64,000 bases of DNA from Octopus bimaculoides (GCF_001194135.2 NC_068981.1:26951732-27015731); one strand, 5' to 3'. Positions 24,188 to 38,197 are shown, counted from the stretch's first letter. A program made the numbers and translations. Notes: generated by a model from the sequence alone, not told the origin.

Positions 24188-27100
24188 ACTCTCTGTATTT
24201 CCCTATTTCATTACCTCTCTTTATCTATGACAGCCTTTATCTACGATGTCCCTTGTTTCAAAGGTCAGGGGTCTTAGCATGTGTCTCTATATCCACTCGT
24301 GACTGCAGAGGTAAAAGAATTAACAACAGTTTGGTATATTTCACGAAGTAATACCTGTACGTAAGTAACGATTTTACTACTTGGCTATACTAAGATGAGT
24401 AATAGTAATATGAGTAAAAATCATAGTCATGAGTTTTGGAACGCTACCGTTCTCGAGTTGTCCAATCATCGACGAAAACTTCATCTATCATGGCCATTTT
24501 ACTTGATGCGCGAATTTATTGTTCGGAACTGAATCAACATGGAATCGAAACTGCATTCCATATTCTTCTTTGTTGGGATCTAATTTTACCCATATGGTGC
24601 GCACATTTAATAAAATATAACTTCCTTAATGATCTTACTCTCAGCATTGTTAATTTTTCACTCTAAGTGAAAACCAAAAAGATGGCCCCTTATACGATCA
24701 TTCAATTTGCTAGATACATCAGCCAAATATTTCTTAACTGATACCATATTATTAAAAAGACCCTAGATAACTGACATCATATTATTAGAAAGACCAAATA
24801 AGTTATATAGTATAGTACCAAATAAGATAGTATAGTACCAAATAAGAAAGACATGATTTTAGCTAGCCTTCATCTGACATAGGTATCATGGATTACAACT
24901 TACAGGGGGAAAAATGAATAACAATATCAGCGTTGAAGTCACCATGACCAACAACGTAGCCTATATGTGATTGCTCACCCTGGTAGAAATAGCAATTTGA
25001 ATTCTTTTAAATTGCACCTTATAATCTTTAGAATGAAGGACGCCGAGGACAGAATAATCTTAGAAATGGAAAATGAGGAAATGACCACTTTTGAAACATG
25101 TTTACTGACAGGTTTTTACAGAGGAAACCCGGAGTAACAAGAACAACATAAAAAGTAAGAGCTTCTTAAGAATGAAGCTAGTCACACGAACAAATAATAG
25201 ATTCTTAGAAGCAGTTGAGGAAATCTTCCGCAAATCACATACTCTCACAGCAGAAAATCGATTACACACTAGATAATATGGTCATTAAAAAAAATCAATA
25301 ACAATAAAGTTGTCAAAGAAGGTCGTGATGGTCTGAGAGTACCTTTGATCATCGGTGTTTTGGATCAAGGCTGATACGTCAACGTACTAAATTAGTAATT
25401 GACAGAAGTTATGGAGAGAAAAAGTCACAGCGTCTTACTAAGTCTTTAACTATATGATTTTGAAATGTGAGTTGGTTTTCCATGAGTATTTTGCTAAGTT
25501 TAAATTCGTTGTTTAACCGATATTATTCTTGTAATTCGTAAAGAATATATCCGTCTAACATGTGCTTAAATACTGAACACAACGAACAAGGACGAAAACT
25601 TTGCGAAAATCACGTAATAAAATTTTAGAATTATGGAAAAGACGGCCTGGGATTCAGACTTGGGTTTAAGCAAGTGATGTATCTACAATGAAATATGTTT
25701 TGGCGTCATTAGACCTTCTCAGTGAGGTATATTCTACTCAGGTGGTAAGACTAAGTATGATTAGTGTTTATGGGAATATAGAGAATAGAGAGACATTGAT
25801 TATGAACATTAACCATCCGGCTACAGTAAAGAACTTAAGGGAATTCGGTGTATGAAATATTCAGGCATTTAATTTTGAGACTCGTCGTTCTAATCCAGTG
25901 TGGAGTTATTTGGTTATCTATTCCTCCAGGGTTTCTACTACAGTGACTATATATTCTTTTGGTTGTATACCTTCATGAAATTTATTATAGATGATTCACG
26001 AGGGAACCATCCTGAATATATTGAATTCTGCTTTGATTAAAAAGATTAAACTGATTATACACAAAAGAACATGTTATGATGAACAAAAAAGCTATCTACA
26101 ATCAAAATTTGTTTCCTTTACTTTAATAATTATTTCTTCAGAAGGATTTTTAAAAAAATAGGTGTGGGTAATATCTGTTTTAGGCCTTCGTGCTTCTTTC
26201 ATAGGCATTTCTGGTGTAAGTAGAGTGAAATGACAACAGCAAGTAATCGAAACCGGAGCTCTGACTTTTACTTCAATTATAATATTCCATTAAAACACCG
26301 TGGACATTCTTTTGAATCTAATAACAAAAACAACGATGCATTTTATTCGCTATATTTAAATTAGCTTATTAAAATAACCAAGATATCGAGCTCTCAAAGA
26401 ATTTCCAAGAACAAAATACAAGATATATATATGTATACATACAACAAATAAAAAGAAAGATAAATTTCTCAAAGTTTGATTTTACTTTTACAATTTGAGT
26501 AAATTAATAAGAAATAAAAAGAGAAAAGAAAGAAAACAGGTAAAATTATCAATATTAATATATTGAACAGGTAATATCATATCGTATTTCTATTAAAACA
26601 ATAATTTTTCCAATATCGCTCATCTAAATTAAAATCGAATATTTCTAAAATACTTTTCTCTTCTCGCAATTAGAAAGATGTTAGAAAAAATAATGAACTT
26701 ACTTGAAAGTTCTTTTGAAGAGCGTTTTCGTCTGTATTAATAATTAAAGATCATGTTTTTTTCTTCTTTTGTTCTATTCTTCATGGAACAGTCTCTTCTA
26801 ATGTTTATGTAAGTTAGATTCCGTTGAGAAAATAAAGGGGAGAATTTATCAGAAATGTTTTACGAAAATAGATTAACGAGTTTGATAACAAAAATAAGAA
26901 AAAACAACAGATATTGCAAGAAAAAATATTAATTAGATATATGAAAAAAAGAAGTACGCATATAATGAGAATCTATATCGGAAATTGCTCAAAGACCGAT
27001 TATAGAATTAAGGGTAACCACAAAATTACACGTTGAAATGATGTAGTTTGAAAACGAGCTTTTTGTTTTTTGGTGTTTTCGATCATGCTACGTTTAATAC

Positions 27101-29479
27101 TTATTTATTTAAACTAGTGTAATATTTCAACGCTCACCGAATGATGTATCTTGTTTACAGTGATGTAGATACTTTAATTGAGAGAAGAGAAAGGTAGTAA
27201 ACACGTTTTTCTTAATAAGCAGATAGAATTATCTTTGGGAAATAACAAGTTTTCTTTTTAAATTATACTTTATTAAGTGTCTATTTAATTCTGAAACCTT
27301 GTGTGTGTGTTTTTTTAACTCTTGAATTACCGGATGAATTGACACAGCATGTACATAAAGAAGTCTATAACAATTTACCTCAGAGTTCTGATCAAATCTT
27401 TCGACCATTAATTTTTTAAGGGTAAACACCTTAGAATACACAAAATATCTTGATACACTAATTCTTCGATCCGGTTTCGATTTACGGTCGTCAGCATCTT
27501 TATTATCTTTACAATAATTACTTCTTTGAAAAAAGCATGAGTATCGCAGCTTTCAAACATTAATTCTTTGAGGTTAAAATCCACAGAGTATACAAATATA
27601 TTTGGTACACTGATTCCAGGACCTGATTTCTGTTTACAGTCGTTAACGTTTATATTTTATTTATATCGTTTACGTCTTTGAGAAATGCATTAACGTCACA
27701 CCTGACAGGTTTTTGTTAACTAGAGTGTCAAGGTTTCTTAAATTGATTTGTGAAAGTCATGGAAAAAATAAATCGACCGATGTATTCCCAAAATATTATG
27801 TTAAACTTGAAGTAAATTATAACAAACATTTTTTCTTTTTTACAAATATATAAAGCTATCCGCCGTTCAATAGGTTTTTTTTTTCTAGTACGAAGATCAA
27901 AAACTACCATTTAATATTCCATTCCTTAAGTCGGTTACGTATTCGAACAAACTCATAGTGTATTTTTATCTCTTAATTTTGCTTACATTTTCCTCATTAT
28001 TTCTATATTCATGGATGCGTCAAAATCATATTCTTGACTTTTGAAAATTTTTTGCGACATTTCAGTTTTCTAAAAATTTAGGTCTCTGATTTACCTACGC
28101 CGTTGGAAACGGCTAGCATAATACGGTACAGTGGAAGGCATAATGGTATATATTTATGTATTGTTAAATGAAAGGCTACTAATAAAGAAGCCAGCAGTAT
28201 GTTTTACTTAAACCAATCGTTTTGATATGTAAATGATATCCACTAGTACAAAATCCCTATGATTTTAGAGTTGATTTTCTTCCCAGCTATAACATTCTAA
28301 TATTTTTGTATACATCCAATATTATTTTTTGGGATGAGAGACAATTTGTAGAAATGAACATTTTCAAAAAACTGAAATAATTATACGGTAAATAGTACAT
28401 TCTAGTTGTTTTATCTATTACAATGTATATAAAATTATAAATGTACAAATTGTAAAGAAAAAATATGAAAAGTATTGCTGATATCATAGTTCTTAAGACT
28501 AAAAAGAATTTATTTGGCATATCTTGCGATATATTTATATATACAATAAAATCTTAATCGATCGTGATTTATTATTTTCTATGAGTTATTATTTGAAAAT
28601 TAGGGAAACAAAATTTAGATAAATTCCCGAGCAAAACAAAGATAGCTTTAATATGAGTCCCTACAAATGAAGAATATCCCTCAAAGTAAATGTCATTTCA
28701 GTGATAATATTTTAAGTATCAGAAAGCGAAACAATTGAACGATATTCAAAGTCATTTCAAGAAAAAACAAGAGTTAAATTCGCATTGATAGCGAAATTTT
28801 AAAACTGCAATAAATGTTTTCTTTGAAACTACAAGTTCTATAATTTTTATCGGGTATCGATTGCTTAAAGAACGATCTGCAAATAGGAATGTCCGTTAGA
28901 TATCAAAAACTACTTTACCTTTATTTCAATTATTATTAATTGTAAGGTTATCAAAAACAAAAAGAAAGAAAAACCGAAACAAACATTGGATTTGCCATCA
29001 ATTTTAGGCGTCGGCATAACAGCAAAGAATCACGGAAAACGCCCAGAAATGCGACAATAGAAACTAAAGACAATAGAAATAAAATTAGCAAATTTGAAGA
29101 GAAAAATACTGTTGGAACTAGATTTCTCGAATGCACACATCTGCATATTTATATGCATAAGCTAAGAAATCTACACACTTTCAGAAATGTATTAAGAGCA
29201 GTAACGCGAAATTTCACATATAGTACATGGTTGGTGTAAATGGTTTCAAAAGCGGTTCATTAAGATAAATATCAATAAATGCATCGTTACATAATGGTGA
29301 TGAATAAGTGATTGGTTTAAATTATATTTAATTTACAACGAATGTTTACAGAAATCATCAGTGATACTATATGATATGCTAAACAGAAATCTGTTACTGG
29401 TTTAAGTGCATCGGGATAAAGTAACACAGAGAAAACAAAAATTCTGATATAAATGAGTAAATAAATATAGAAATATATG

Positions 29480-29541
<62 letters not shown>

Positions 29542-30388
29542 CACACACACGCACACACACTTATATATATATTTATATATATGCATACATGCATGCATGT
29601 GTGTGTGTATGTGTGTATACAGCCTAAATATACACAACTATGCACACAGAATTAAAAATGAATTAAACATGATTAAACAATGAAGGAGCTCTTCACCAAT
29701 ATATATATGTGTGTGTTTATGAGTATAAATGGGTAATATTTTCATAGCACGACATATATAGGAGAAGTGCTATTCGTGGAACATATATCTTGTTCAGGTT
29801 TTGATTGATTTAAGCGTAAACATTGAGTTTGTTTGTGAAATTGGTGGCTATTGTTCAGAGTTCATTCAAGCATCTAAGACTGTGAATAATTGCCTTTATC
29901 CGGTTTAGGTCAAGGTGGTTTGATAAAAGCGCTCTCGGCGGAAACCAAGATGAGAATTTAAGGATTGTATAAATTCCTCGTTGAAGGCTTATGAAATAGG
30001 GGACGTCAATTGGGAAAGAGATGCTTGTTGTCATCATCAAAGGTGAAAACGAGTAACGGAAAATGTTATCTTCCCACAAAAAAAAACATATATATATATA
30101 TATATATTACGCGCCGCCGCCGTAGGGAATGGGGGAAAGGAGGGAGGTTTGCAGTATCTGTAAACATGTATGTTCATTAAGAGCTGGTCTCATTAGGAAA
30201 CATCGGAGCTACTTGTGTAAAGCATAAATTTATCTGAGTGTACAATGTTCTTAAAGCTCACTGATGGTTCTCATTTCTGTCACGAGTGAACAGACATTAT
30301 CTATGTATTATATAAAGACAACAAGCCTATCTTACAAAGTTAGGCCTGTAATGTTTAGTATCCGCTCTCCTTCCTCCTTTTTGTACAG

Positions 30389-30597
30389 AGCATGTTACTC
30401 ATTTTAACATCTTGAGAAGTTTATCATGCAAGAAAAATGTATCAGCAGTGGCTTTGCGAGAGATTTCATGCACGTCTTTAAAAGAATATGCCGGATATAC
30501 AGCTGGACACGTTGTTGAGTTCCGGTTCAACGGTAGATTATTACATCTTCCTCGTTTATGTGCAGATGTAACCGGTGGTTGCTACTTTCCAGTCTAG
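30389..30597 (+). CDS. Candidate exon or CpG-richer unique segment (xHVTHFNILRSLSCKKNVSAVALREISC...GGCYFPV*)
   Basis: Strong acceptor ctccttcctcctttttgtacag followed by about 68 open codons. No homology recognised. Confidence 0.18.
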
Positions 30598-30809
30598 ATC
30601 TGGCAATCTTGTAATCTTATGAGTAAATTTGGCAGTCTTATATATACGACCGACTTCTTTCAATTTCTGCCTACCAAATCGACTTACAAAGTGCCATGCA
30701 TGCAGTGCGATTAAACCTAGAACTATGTGATACGAAAGCAAGCTTCTTACAACACATGCTTATGTTCATGTGTATATATATATATATTGTTGTATTTCGG
30801 GATGGCCTC

Positions 30810-31088
30810 TATATATTTTTTCTTCACTCGTTTATTACTGTTCTTATATTACTATTTTAACCCATGTCCATTGTCCGGCAATCTCTTGTCACACATCTGC
30901 GACCTCATTCAGCGACAGATTTCGTTTTCATCTTAGAAAAGGACTGGAGTAAGTGGAGCGAGAACACACACGAAAACGAAAAGTGTAGCTGAAGAGGTCG
31001 CAGATATGTGGCGAAAGATTTCCAGACAATGGACATGAGTTAAAATAATAAAATAAGAACAGTAATAATCGAGTGAAAAAAATATATG
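30810..31088. repeat. Fold-back inverted repeat (~118-bp arms), MITE-like
   Basis: 30810-30929 is the imperfect reverse complement of 30971-31088. The ORF track shows near-identical peptides on opposite strands (30727+ and 30928-). Confidence 0.88.
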
Positions 31089-31164
31089 TATAATGCGAGT
31101 GTTTATTTGGCAACAATATCTCTTTTAACAGACGATTTCACATAGGGAATCTTGCAAAACGAAT

Positions 31165-31198
<34 letters not shown>

Positions 31199-31569
31199 CA
31201 AAATGGAATGAACATAGTGATGACAGAATTTTAAAAGTTTGCTGCCAATGCATACAAAATCATACTTAGTAACTTTCCCTTTTCATGTATAGTGTTTTCT
31301 TTTCGGTGCTTGAATTTGCTTCCTACACTTAAGGAAATTGCCCCTTCAGAAGCTCTATGTACCTTTATACGAAATCCAACTTCGTGTAAAAAAATAAATA
31401 TAATCAATATTTAGAGATATTGAGTGCACTTTCTTTTGTTAAAAAGAAATCACACACACCTATGCATGCATGTATGTATGTATGCATGCATGTATGCATG
31501 TATGAATGTATGTATGTATGTATGTATGTGTGAATATATGCATGTATGTATATATAAGGTGTATATGTG

Positions 31570-31645
<76 letters not shown>

Positions 31646-32786
31646 GCATGACTACACATATATATATATATATAGACAGGCACACACACACACAAATACA
31701 CGTATATATCTATATGTGTGTGTGTGCGTGTTTGTATCTGCATAAGTATGTACATTTTTCTGAGTGTAAATATTACCCTGGTGTATTTTAAAAACCTTAA
31801 GCCAATTTATTTCACAAAAGAACAATTGCAAAACTTCGAAATTTCAGCTGAAGTCTACAGGCAAAAATCTTTGTGGAAACTATTCTAAGTTACTTTTTGC
31901 TTGTTCTTTTTTTTTTGTATAATATATTTTTTTGTTCTTTTGTAACTGTTAGTGAATTTGCCTGTAATGCAGAAGTTTAAGTTATATAGTTTGGCATTAC
32001 CTATTGAGAATAAGAAACAAAATACGATAAAAATAATTAAAACTTTAGCAGTAAGTGAAGAGAAAGAGAAAAAAATATTGCCTGGTACGTTGTAAAGAAA
32101 TAAGTGAAAACTACACCAAAACACTTTCAAATATGATGTAGAGTCACTAGAGGATATATTTCATACGTAGCATTTCTCACTTAACTGGAGGGAACTAAAA
32201 ACTATTCTCAGAGTGAGAAAGTATTTCGACATAGAATAGCATTTCTGGAAGCATGCATCAAAAGCTGAATTTTTAGACCAAAGCAATAGTAGAAAATAAA
32301 ACAAAACAAAATGATTATGTTAAAAAATGTTGTTATTGATTTCACAGAAATAACTTTACTACACCTGTAGATCAGAATTCATTTAAGAGAAGCAAGATTG
32401 TCTTTCGGTTTCTAAATTTCAATAAATTACTCCGATCTAAAATAATTAAACAGAAAGCGTTGTTTTAAAACGCGTATTCTATTCTGGACAGTGTTAGCAA
32501 TATTGGTTTTATGTTGGTTTTACTTGAGAATGGGTAGAGTGACGCACAAAATGTCTTGCAACGTTTTGCTTTGCACCTGGTGAAAGCTGTAATTTCTCAG
32601 ACTGAATTTATCATTTTATTGTCCCAAGGTTCACTAATTGGACACTACTCTAATTTATTAATTGCTTGTACCACTACCAAGTACATGTGGCTTGGTGTCT
32701 CGCAATGCAAGAGAGTTTTGTATCGAGATTATACATTGCATTTGACTTGCGATAATTTTTCTTGCTAACGATGACATTTTGTATTA

Positions 32787-33189
32787 NNNNNNNNNNNNNN
32801 NNNNNNNNNNNNNNNNNNNNNNNNNNNNNNNNNNNNNNNNNNNNNNNNNNNNNNNNNNNNNNNNNNNNNNNNNNNNNNNNNNNNNNNNNNNNNNNNNNNN
32901 NNNNNNNNNNNNNNNNNNNNNNNNNNNNNNNNNNNNNNNNNNNNNNNNNNNNNNNNNNNNNNNNNNNNNNNNNNNNNNNNNNNNNNNNNNNNNNNNNNNN
33001 NNNNNNNNNNNNNNNNNNNNNNNNNNNNNNNNNNNNNNNNNNNNNNNNNNNNNNNNNNNNNNNNNNNNNNNNNNNNNNNNNNNNNNNNNNNNNNNNNNNN
33101 NNNNNNNNNNNNNNNNNNNNNNNNNNNNNNNNNNNNNNNNNNNNNNNNNNNNNNNNNNNNNNNNNNNNNNNNNNNNNNNNNNNNNNNNN
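32787..33189. other. Assembly gap (one of ten: also 35895-35954, 38516-38853, 40618-40789, 47114-47178, 48852-49153, 54857-55038, 57977-58130, 60269-60703, 63708-63717)
   Basis: Runs of N, almost all adjoining dinucleotide microsatellites. Confidence 0.99.
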
Positions 33190-33198
33190 ATATATATG

Positions 33199-33712
<514 letters not shown>

Positions 33713-33929
33713 ATATACACACGAGGTGTAGACAAAAGATACTGGCATTTTCCCAAAAACGCTCTTTTGGTTTCATTGCACTGCCTCAGGTAATATATTT
33801 TGAAAGGTTTTAAATAAGGAAAATCTTAAGTAATGGATGTTTTTCACATATTGTGCAAACCTAAAATGTATGTTTTCAAAATATCACTATCTGGTTTGAC
33901 TTCGTTATTACAACTTATACAAGTCAATG

Positions 33930-34024
33930 CCAGTACAAACTAGTGGATACTCTAACAAGCCCATACCAGTACAAACTAGTGGATACTCTAACAAGCCCAT
34001 ACCAGTTCAAACTAGTGGATACTC
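33930..34024. repeat. 36-bp tandem repeat, ~2.6 copies
   Basis: ccagtacaaactagtggatactctaacaagcccata x2 plus a partial third copy. Confidence 0.95.
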
Positions 34025-34229
34025 AAAGAACGATTTAGAGTAGTTTGTTATATTTGACTCGAGACTAAAATTCAGGAATTAAGCACTGTTTCTAAGCATA
34101 ATACACAATAAATTATACACTCCTTGCGTGTAAACATTACGGACATCCAGCGAAGTTTAAGCACCATATACATATTAATGTATTAAGATTTGTTTTTATG
34201 TTAAAATAAAACCATATTAAGCAAAAGCA

Positions 34230-34372
34230 TTACTCACTTGTTATGGTGGAGCGCAAGTTTGTTATTCATTAACAAGAACAGTATTAGAAGTGACTTCGAA
34301 GTTTCGAACAGTCCGATGGACGCTTAGCTGGCCGAAACATCGAAGTCATTGTCACTTGTACGCTTGTGTTAA
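34230..34372 (+). mobile_element. Penelope-like remnant with degenerate type I hammerhead-like motif
   Basis: acagt-CCGATGGA-cgcttagctggcc-GAAA-catcgaag-TC-attgt (34308-34352), adjacent to (TA)n. Confidence 0.45.
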
Positions 34373-34373
34373 A

Positions 34374-34401
<28 letters not shown>

Positions 34402-34407
<6 letters not shown>

Positions 34408-34568
34408 ATTTATTTTTCGTAATGAGATAGAAAAACCAAGAGTGTGTGCATTATAGAACATTTATAAATAGAAGTTCGTACAGCTGTTTCTTGGATATTT
34501 ATCATATCCCTTCATCGGAGCCGGTGTGAGAGGATGGTTAAGCAATAGCACCACTACCGCTCGTAACC
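34402..34568 (-). mobile_element. Penelope-like remnant with hammerhead-like motif
   Basis: Minus strand reads CCGATGA-ag-ggatat-gataa-atatcc-aa-GAAA-cagctg-TA (34474-34524). Bounded by (TA)n on both sides. Confidence 0.45.
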
Positions 34569-34601
<33 letters not shown>

Positions 34602-34739
34602 GTGTGTGTATCACATATCTATTTATGCATATATACACACACAGAGATATATATGCATATGCATATTAGTGCAGCAACAGACTCTTGTAAACTTAGTCAT
34701 GTATATGTCTTTGTGTGCTTGCCTGTGTGTGTGCTTCTC

Positions 34740-34828
<89 letters not shown>

Positions 34829-37384
34829 AGAGAGAGAGGGAGAGAGAGATACATACATGCATACGTACATACATACACGCATACATACATGTACAGAAAG
34901 TAAATGAAAGTACATCAATAAACCTCGATGTAAAGACATATATCGCCACCGTTTTTGTTCTTTCACTCGCTAGCAAACAAAGAAACAAACAAGCAATGAA
35001 ATATATATATACAAACAAACACACAAACACAGCGCAAAGATTGTGATGACCTTAGATCATGAAGTTTAATACAACATGCACCGAACATTTCTTCGTAAAG
35101 AAGGGAAAATAAACAACGACTGTTTGTCTACAGTATTGGCAGACATATATAGATGTATATCTCAACGGAATGTTTTAATTGTCGATTACTATAATACATT
35201 AGAGCTGCGCTTATCGAGATCAAAATTTTATAGCCATTGAGGCGATGTGCAGTTTCTGGGTAAAGACCGGAAGCTTACTGAGCTTAATGTCAGCAAATAA
35301 TGGGAACGAATTTAGTTATGACTCTGGACTGCCAAGTCCAAGGGTTACAAGTATTACCCTCCTAAATAATGAAATGGTCATTCAATGACGTCATTTCACG
35401 ACAGTATTTCATACTTTCTACAACACGGTCTTATTTATAGACTCTTGAGGAAGTATAAAACTGTATGGAAGTTTATAATAATATATAATTGATATCTTTG
35501 TTTCTTTTCCTAGCCAGCTTCGCTTTTTTTTTTTCTTTTTTCACTGTTAGAAAAATAGAACTTGTTTTGTATATATCGCTTTAAATCGTAGTTTTGTGAA
35601 GAGGAGGCTAAGACAGGAGAATGATATCTGGCACAAAATATATTACTTAGTTGCATTCTTTCATTTTATGTGTTCAAACCAGAGCAAGGAATCAATGAAA
35701 TATGCACAAGCGAAGGAAAAATTGTATGAATCGAAAATAATTAGTATTTTGGCTATATAAAGAAATAAAATTTATTAATAACGTACGAACTAGGATTCAT
35801 AAATCAATACAAACACAATATATACCTTTACATTATAACAATGCAAGTAGGTGTTTTTATTAATTTATATACATATATACATACATACATATATNNNNNN
35901 NNNNNNNNNNNNNNNNNNNNNNNNNNNNNNNNNNNNNNNNNNNNNNNNNNNNNNTGTGTGTGTGTGTGTGTATGTATATATATACATGCATGCGTGCATG
36001 CATACATACATACATAAGTAATATTTTGAAACTTGTGTATATACCTTGTATTATGTCGTTTAAAGCCCGTTCACTGAATTCGGCTATCTGATGACATAAA
36101 CGAGTATTTCGGCTAAAATTCCACAAGGCGGTGCTCCAGCATGGCCGCTGTTTAATGACTGACACGAAAGCAGATCGATATTGATGTATATGTGAGCGTT
36201 GTCCTAAAAAACTCAGGCTGTTGTTACGTAGAGGGTCAGTCTGTGAAGAAGAGTGAAATGTCATTTGTCGTTGACAGAAAAACGTTTTAATTTGCTATGC
36301 ATTGTGGGTAATATTACTAATTTGTGGTTGGATAAGAAATCACCAGAAAATTTCAGACTATTATAATAGCTTCTATCTATCTAAAAATCAAAAGCACGGA
36401 ATCTGTCAGGTACTTTCCAGTAAGGTTTTATATATAGCATGCACGAATCAATAAATTCATTCATAATTATCAATCAATTAATTTAATACTTGTTTAATTA
36501 TTGAAAATTATGTCTTTTCGGAGAGTATTAATTGCATAATGATAATAATCTGCATCCATCAACGAAAACAATAATGACTGCTTATCCGTTTTTTTTAGAA
36601 TTGTTCTCCAAGCAGAATTAAACCCCTCTTTACATTCAAAAGAAGAAATCACGTGCAATGTTACTAGCTCTTGTAGCATCGGCAGTCAAATCTCCGTCAA
36701 ACAACCTTCTTATAATGTATGAATACATTGCGTAACGTAATCATATGTATAAAATGGGAAGACCGAGGTCAATGCATTGCCAAGAACAATAGGGAAAGAA
36801 TGATGCAAGCAAAGCAATGTATCTCAATGGGAACAAAATGTAATGCCTGTAGGCATTGTTCCACCTGCGAAATACAGAAGCTGAATTATCATCCTTCAAA
36901 CACTGCTATTTTAAATAGACATTCATGGGAAAGGCGGTGTCCCAGATAGCTATGAATGTGGGATTAGGACGGCTGGAATGCTATTAGATTACAGGTATCC
37001 TCCATGGTGACTGCCAAACTACTAAACAACATGGACAACTAGAATTCAAATTTACCATAACTAGATGCAGATGTAATATTTATCAGGTAGGCCTTATTGA
37101 ATATGTATATGTGTGTGTGTGTGTGTGTGTCTGTGTGTGTGTGTGTGTGTATGTGTGTGTGCGTGCGTGCGTGCGTCTGCGTGTGTGTGAATTATCGACC
37201 ACTTTGCTTTGATGTCATACACGTCAAAAGTTTATATTAAATTTCAGCTCTAATTTGTATATTGCGTGTTCTTATTTTATCTAGTTCTGAAACATAGTCA
37301 TATTTAAATCATAACAAAATGTATATGAAAGTATATTGTCTATAATCCTTTTATTCCTAATTGGAAATACTTAAATTGATATCA

Positions 37385-37570
37385 AGCGGTGAGCTGGCGG
37401 AATCGTTACTACAGCGGGCTAAATACTCAGCGACGTTTCGTCGAATTCGACTTCGCAGTTCATAGCTTCTAGGTTGATAAAATAAGAACCAATTGCGCAC
37501 TGGGATCGATAATATCGACTTACCCACATCCCCGAACTCTCTGAATTTGTGCCAGAATTTGTAATCATTT
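37385..37570 (+). mobile_element. SINE family A, internally deleted
   Basis: gcggtgagctggcggaatcgtta...actgggatcgataatatcgactt. Confidence 0.8.
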
Positions 37571-37654
37571 AAATGAATAACATTGAAATAGGATTATCGT
37601 AATTTTTATTCATTTTTGATTTACGGTTTCGTCTGACTCAGCTAGTGTAATATT

Positions 37655-37800
37655 CCGTTCTACTGTAGGCACAAGGCCGGAAATTTGGTGGCAGGGAGTA
37701 AGTCGATTACATCGACCCCAGTGCTCAACAAGTACTTAGTTTGTCGACCCTGAAAGGATGAAAGGCAAAGTCGACCTCGGTGGAATTTGAACTCAGAACA
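37655..37800 (-). mobile_element. SINE family A, 3' part
   Basis: gtcgattacatcgaccccagtg...ggtggaatttgaactcagaac. Confidence 0.9.
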
Positions 37801-37853
37801 TTATTCTTTTTCATTCCAGGTGCCATAATATTAAACATTTGCAAAGAGTATCT

Positions 37854-38197
37854 ATGCCACGCACCAAACTGTCAGATTTTCGAAGAGGTCGTATAGTTGG
37901 GCAATCTAGGCTGCTCTTAGCCAGCGAAAAATTGCCGAAAATTTTCAAATTCTTCTTGTTACTGTTAATAGAATTATAGTGCAATTCAAAAGCCAAGGAA
38001 AAGAATCAACAGATACTCGTCCCGGCCGACCTGGGCCCTCGGAAAGGAAGCTTCGCTGTTTGAAGAGAATTGTGGAAAAAGAACCCCGTTCGAAGGCTTC
38101 TGACATTGAAAAATGAAGCAATCACAAAGCTCATTAGCTCAATGCCAAATAGAGTTTCTGAATTAAAAACTGCAAAGAGAATGTCAAATAAATACTA
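37854..38197 (+). mobile_element. Internally deleted Tc1-like transposase remnant
   Basis: [64 protein letters not shown] (paired HTH region) is joined directly to the C-terminal LISSMPNRVSELKTAKRMSNKY*. The DDE core is absent. Confidence 0.8.

Noticed and set aside
26089-26290. 65-codon minus frame (..EMPMKEARRPKTDITHTYFFKNPSEEIIIKVKETNFDCR*) and an overlapping 32-nt plus micro-exon
   Set aside because: Both are within chance expectation for AT-rich DNA, and no homology was recognised.
27466-27500. Hammerhead-like CTGACGA...GAAAccgg on the minus strand
   Set aside because: The core is perfect, but stems I and II do not pair. At most a very decayed remnant.
33930-34024. Possible CRISPR array
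   Set aside because: Units are head-to-tail with no spacers, no cas genes are present, and the context is eukaryotic.
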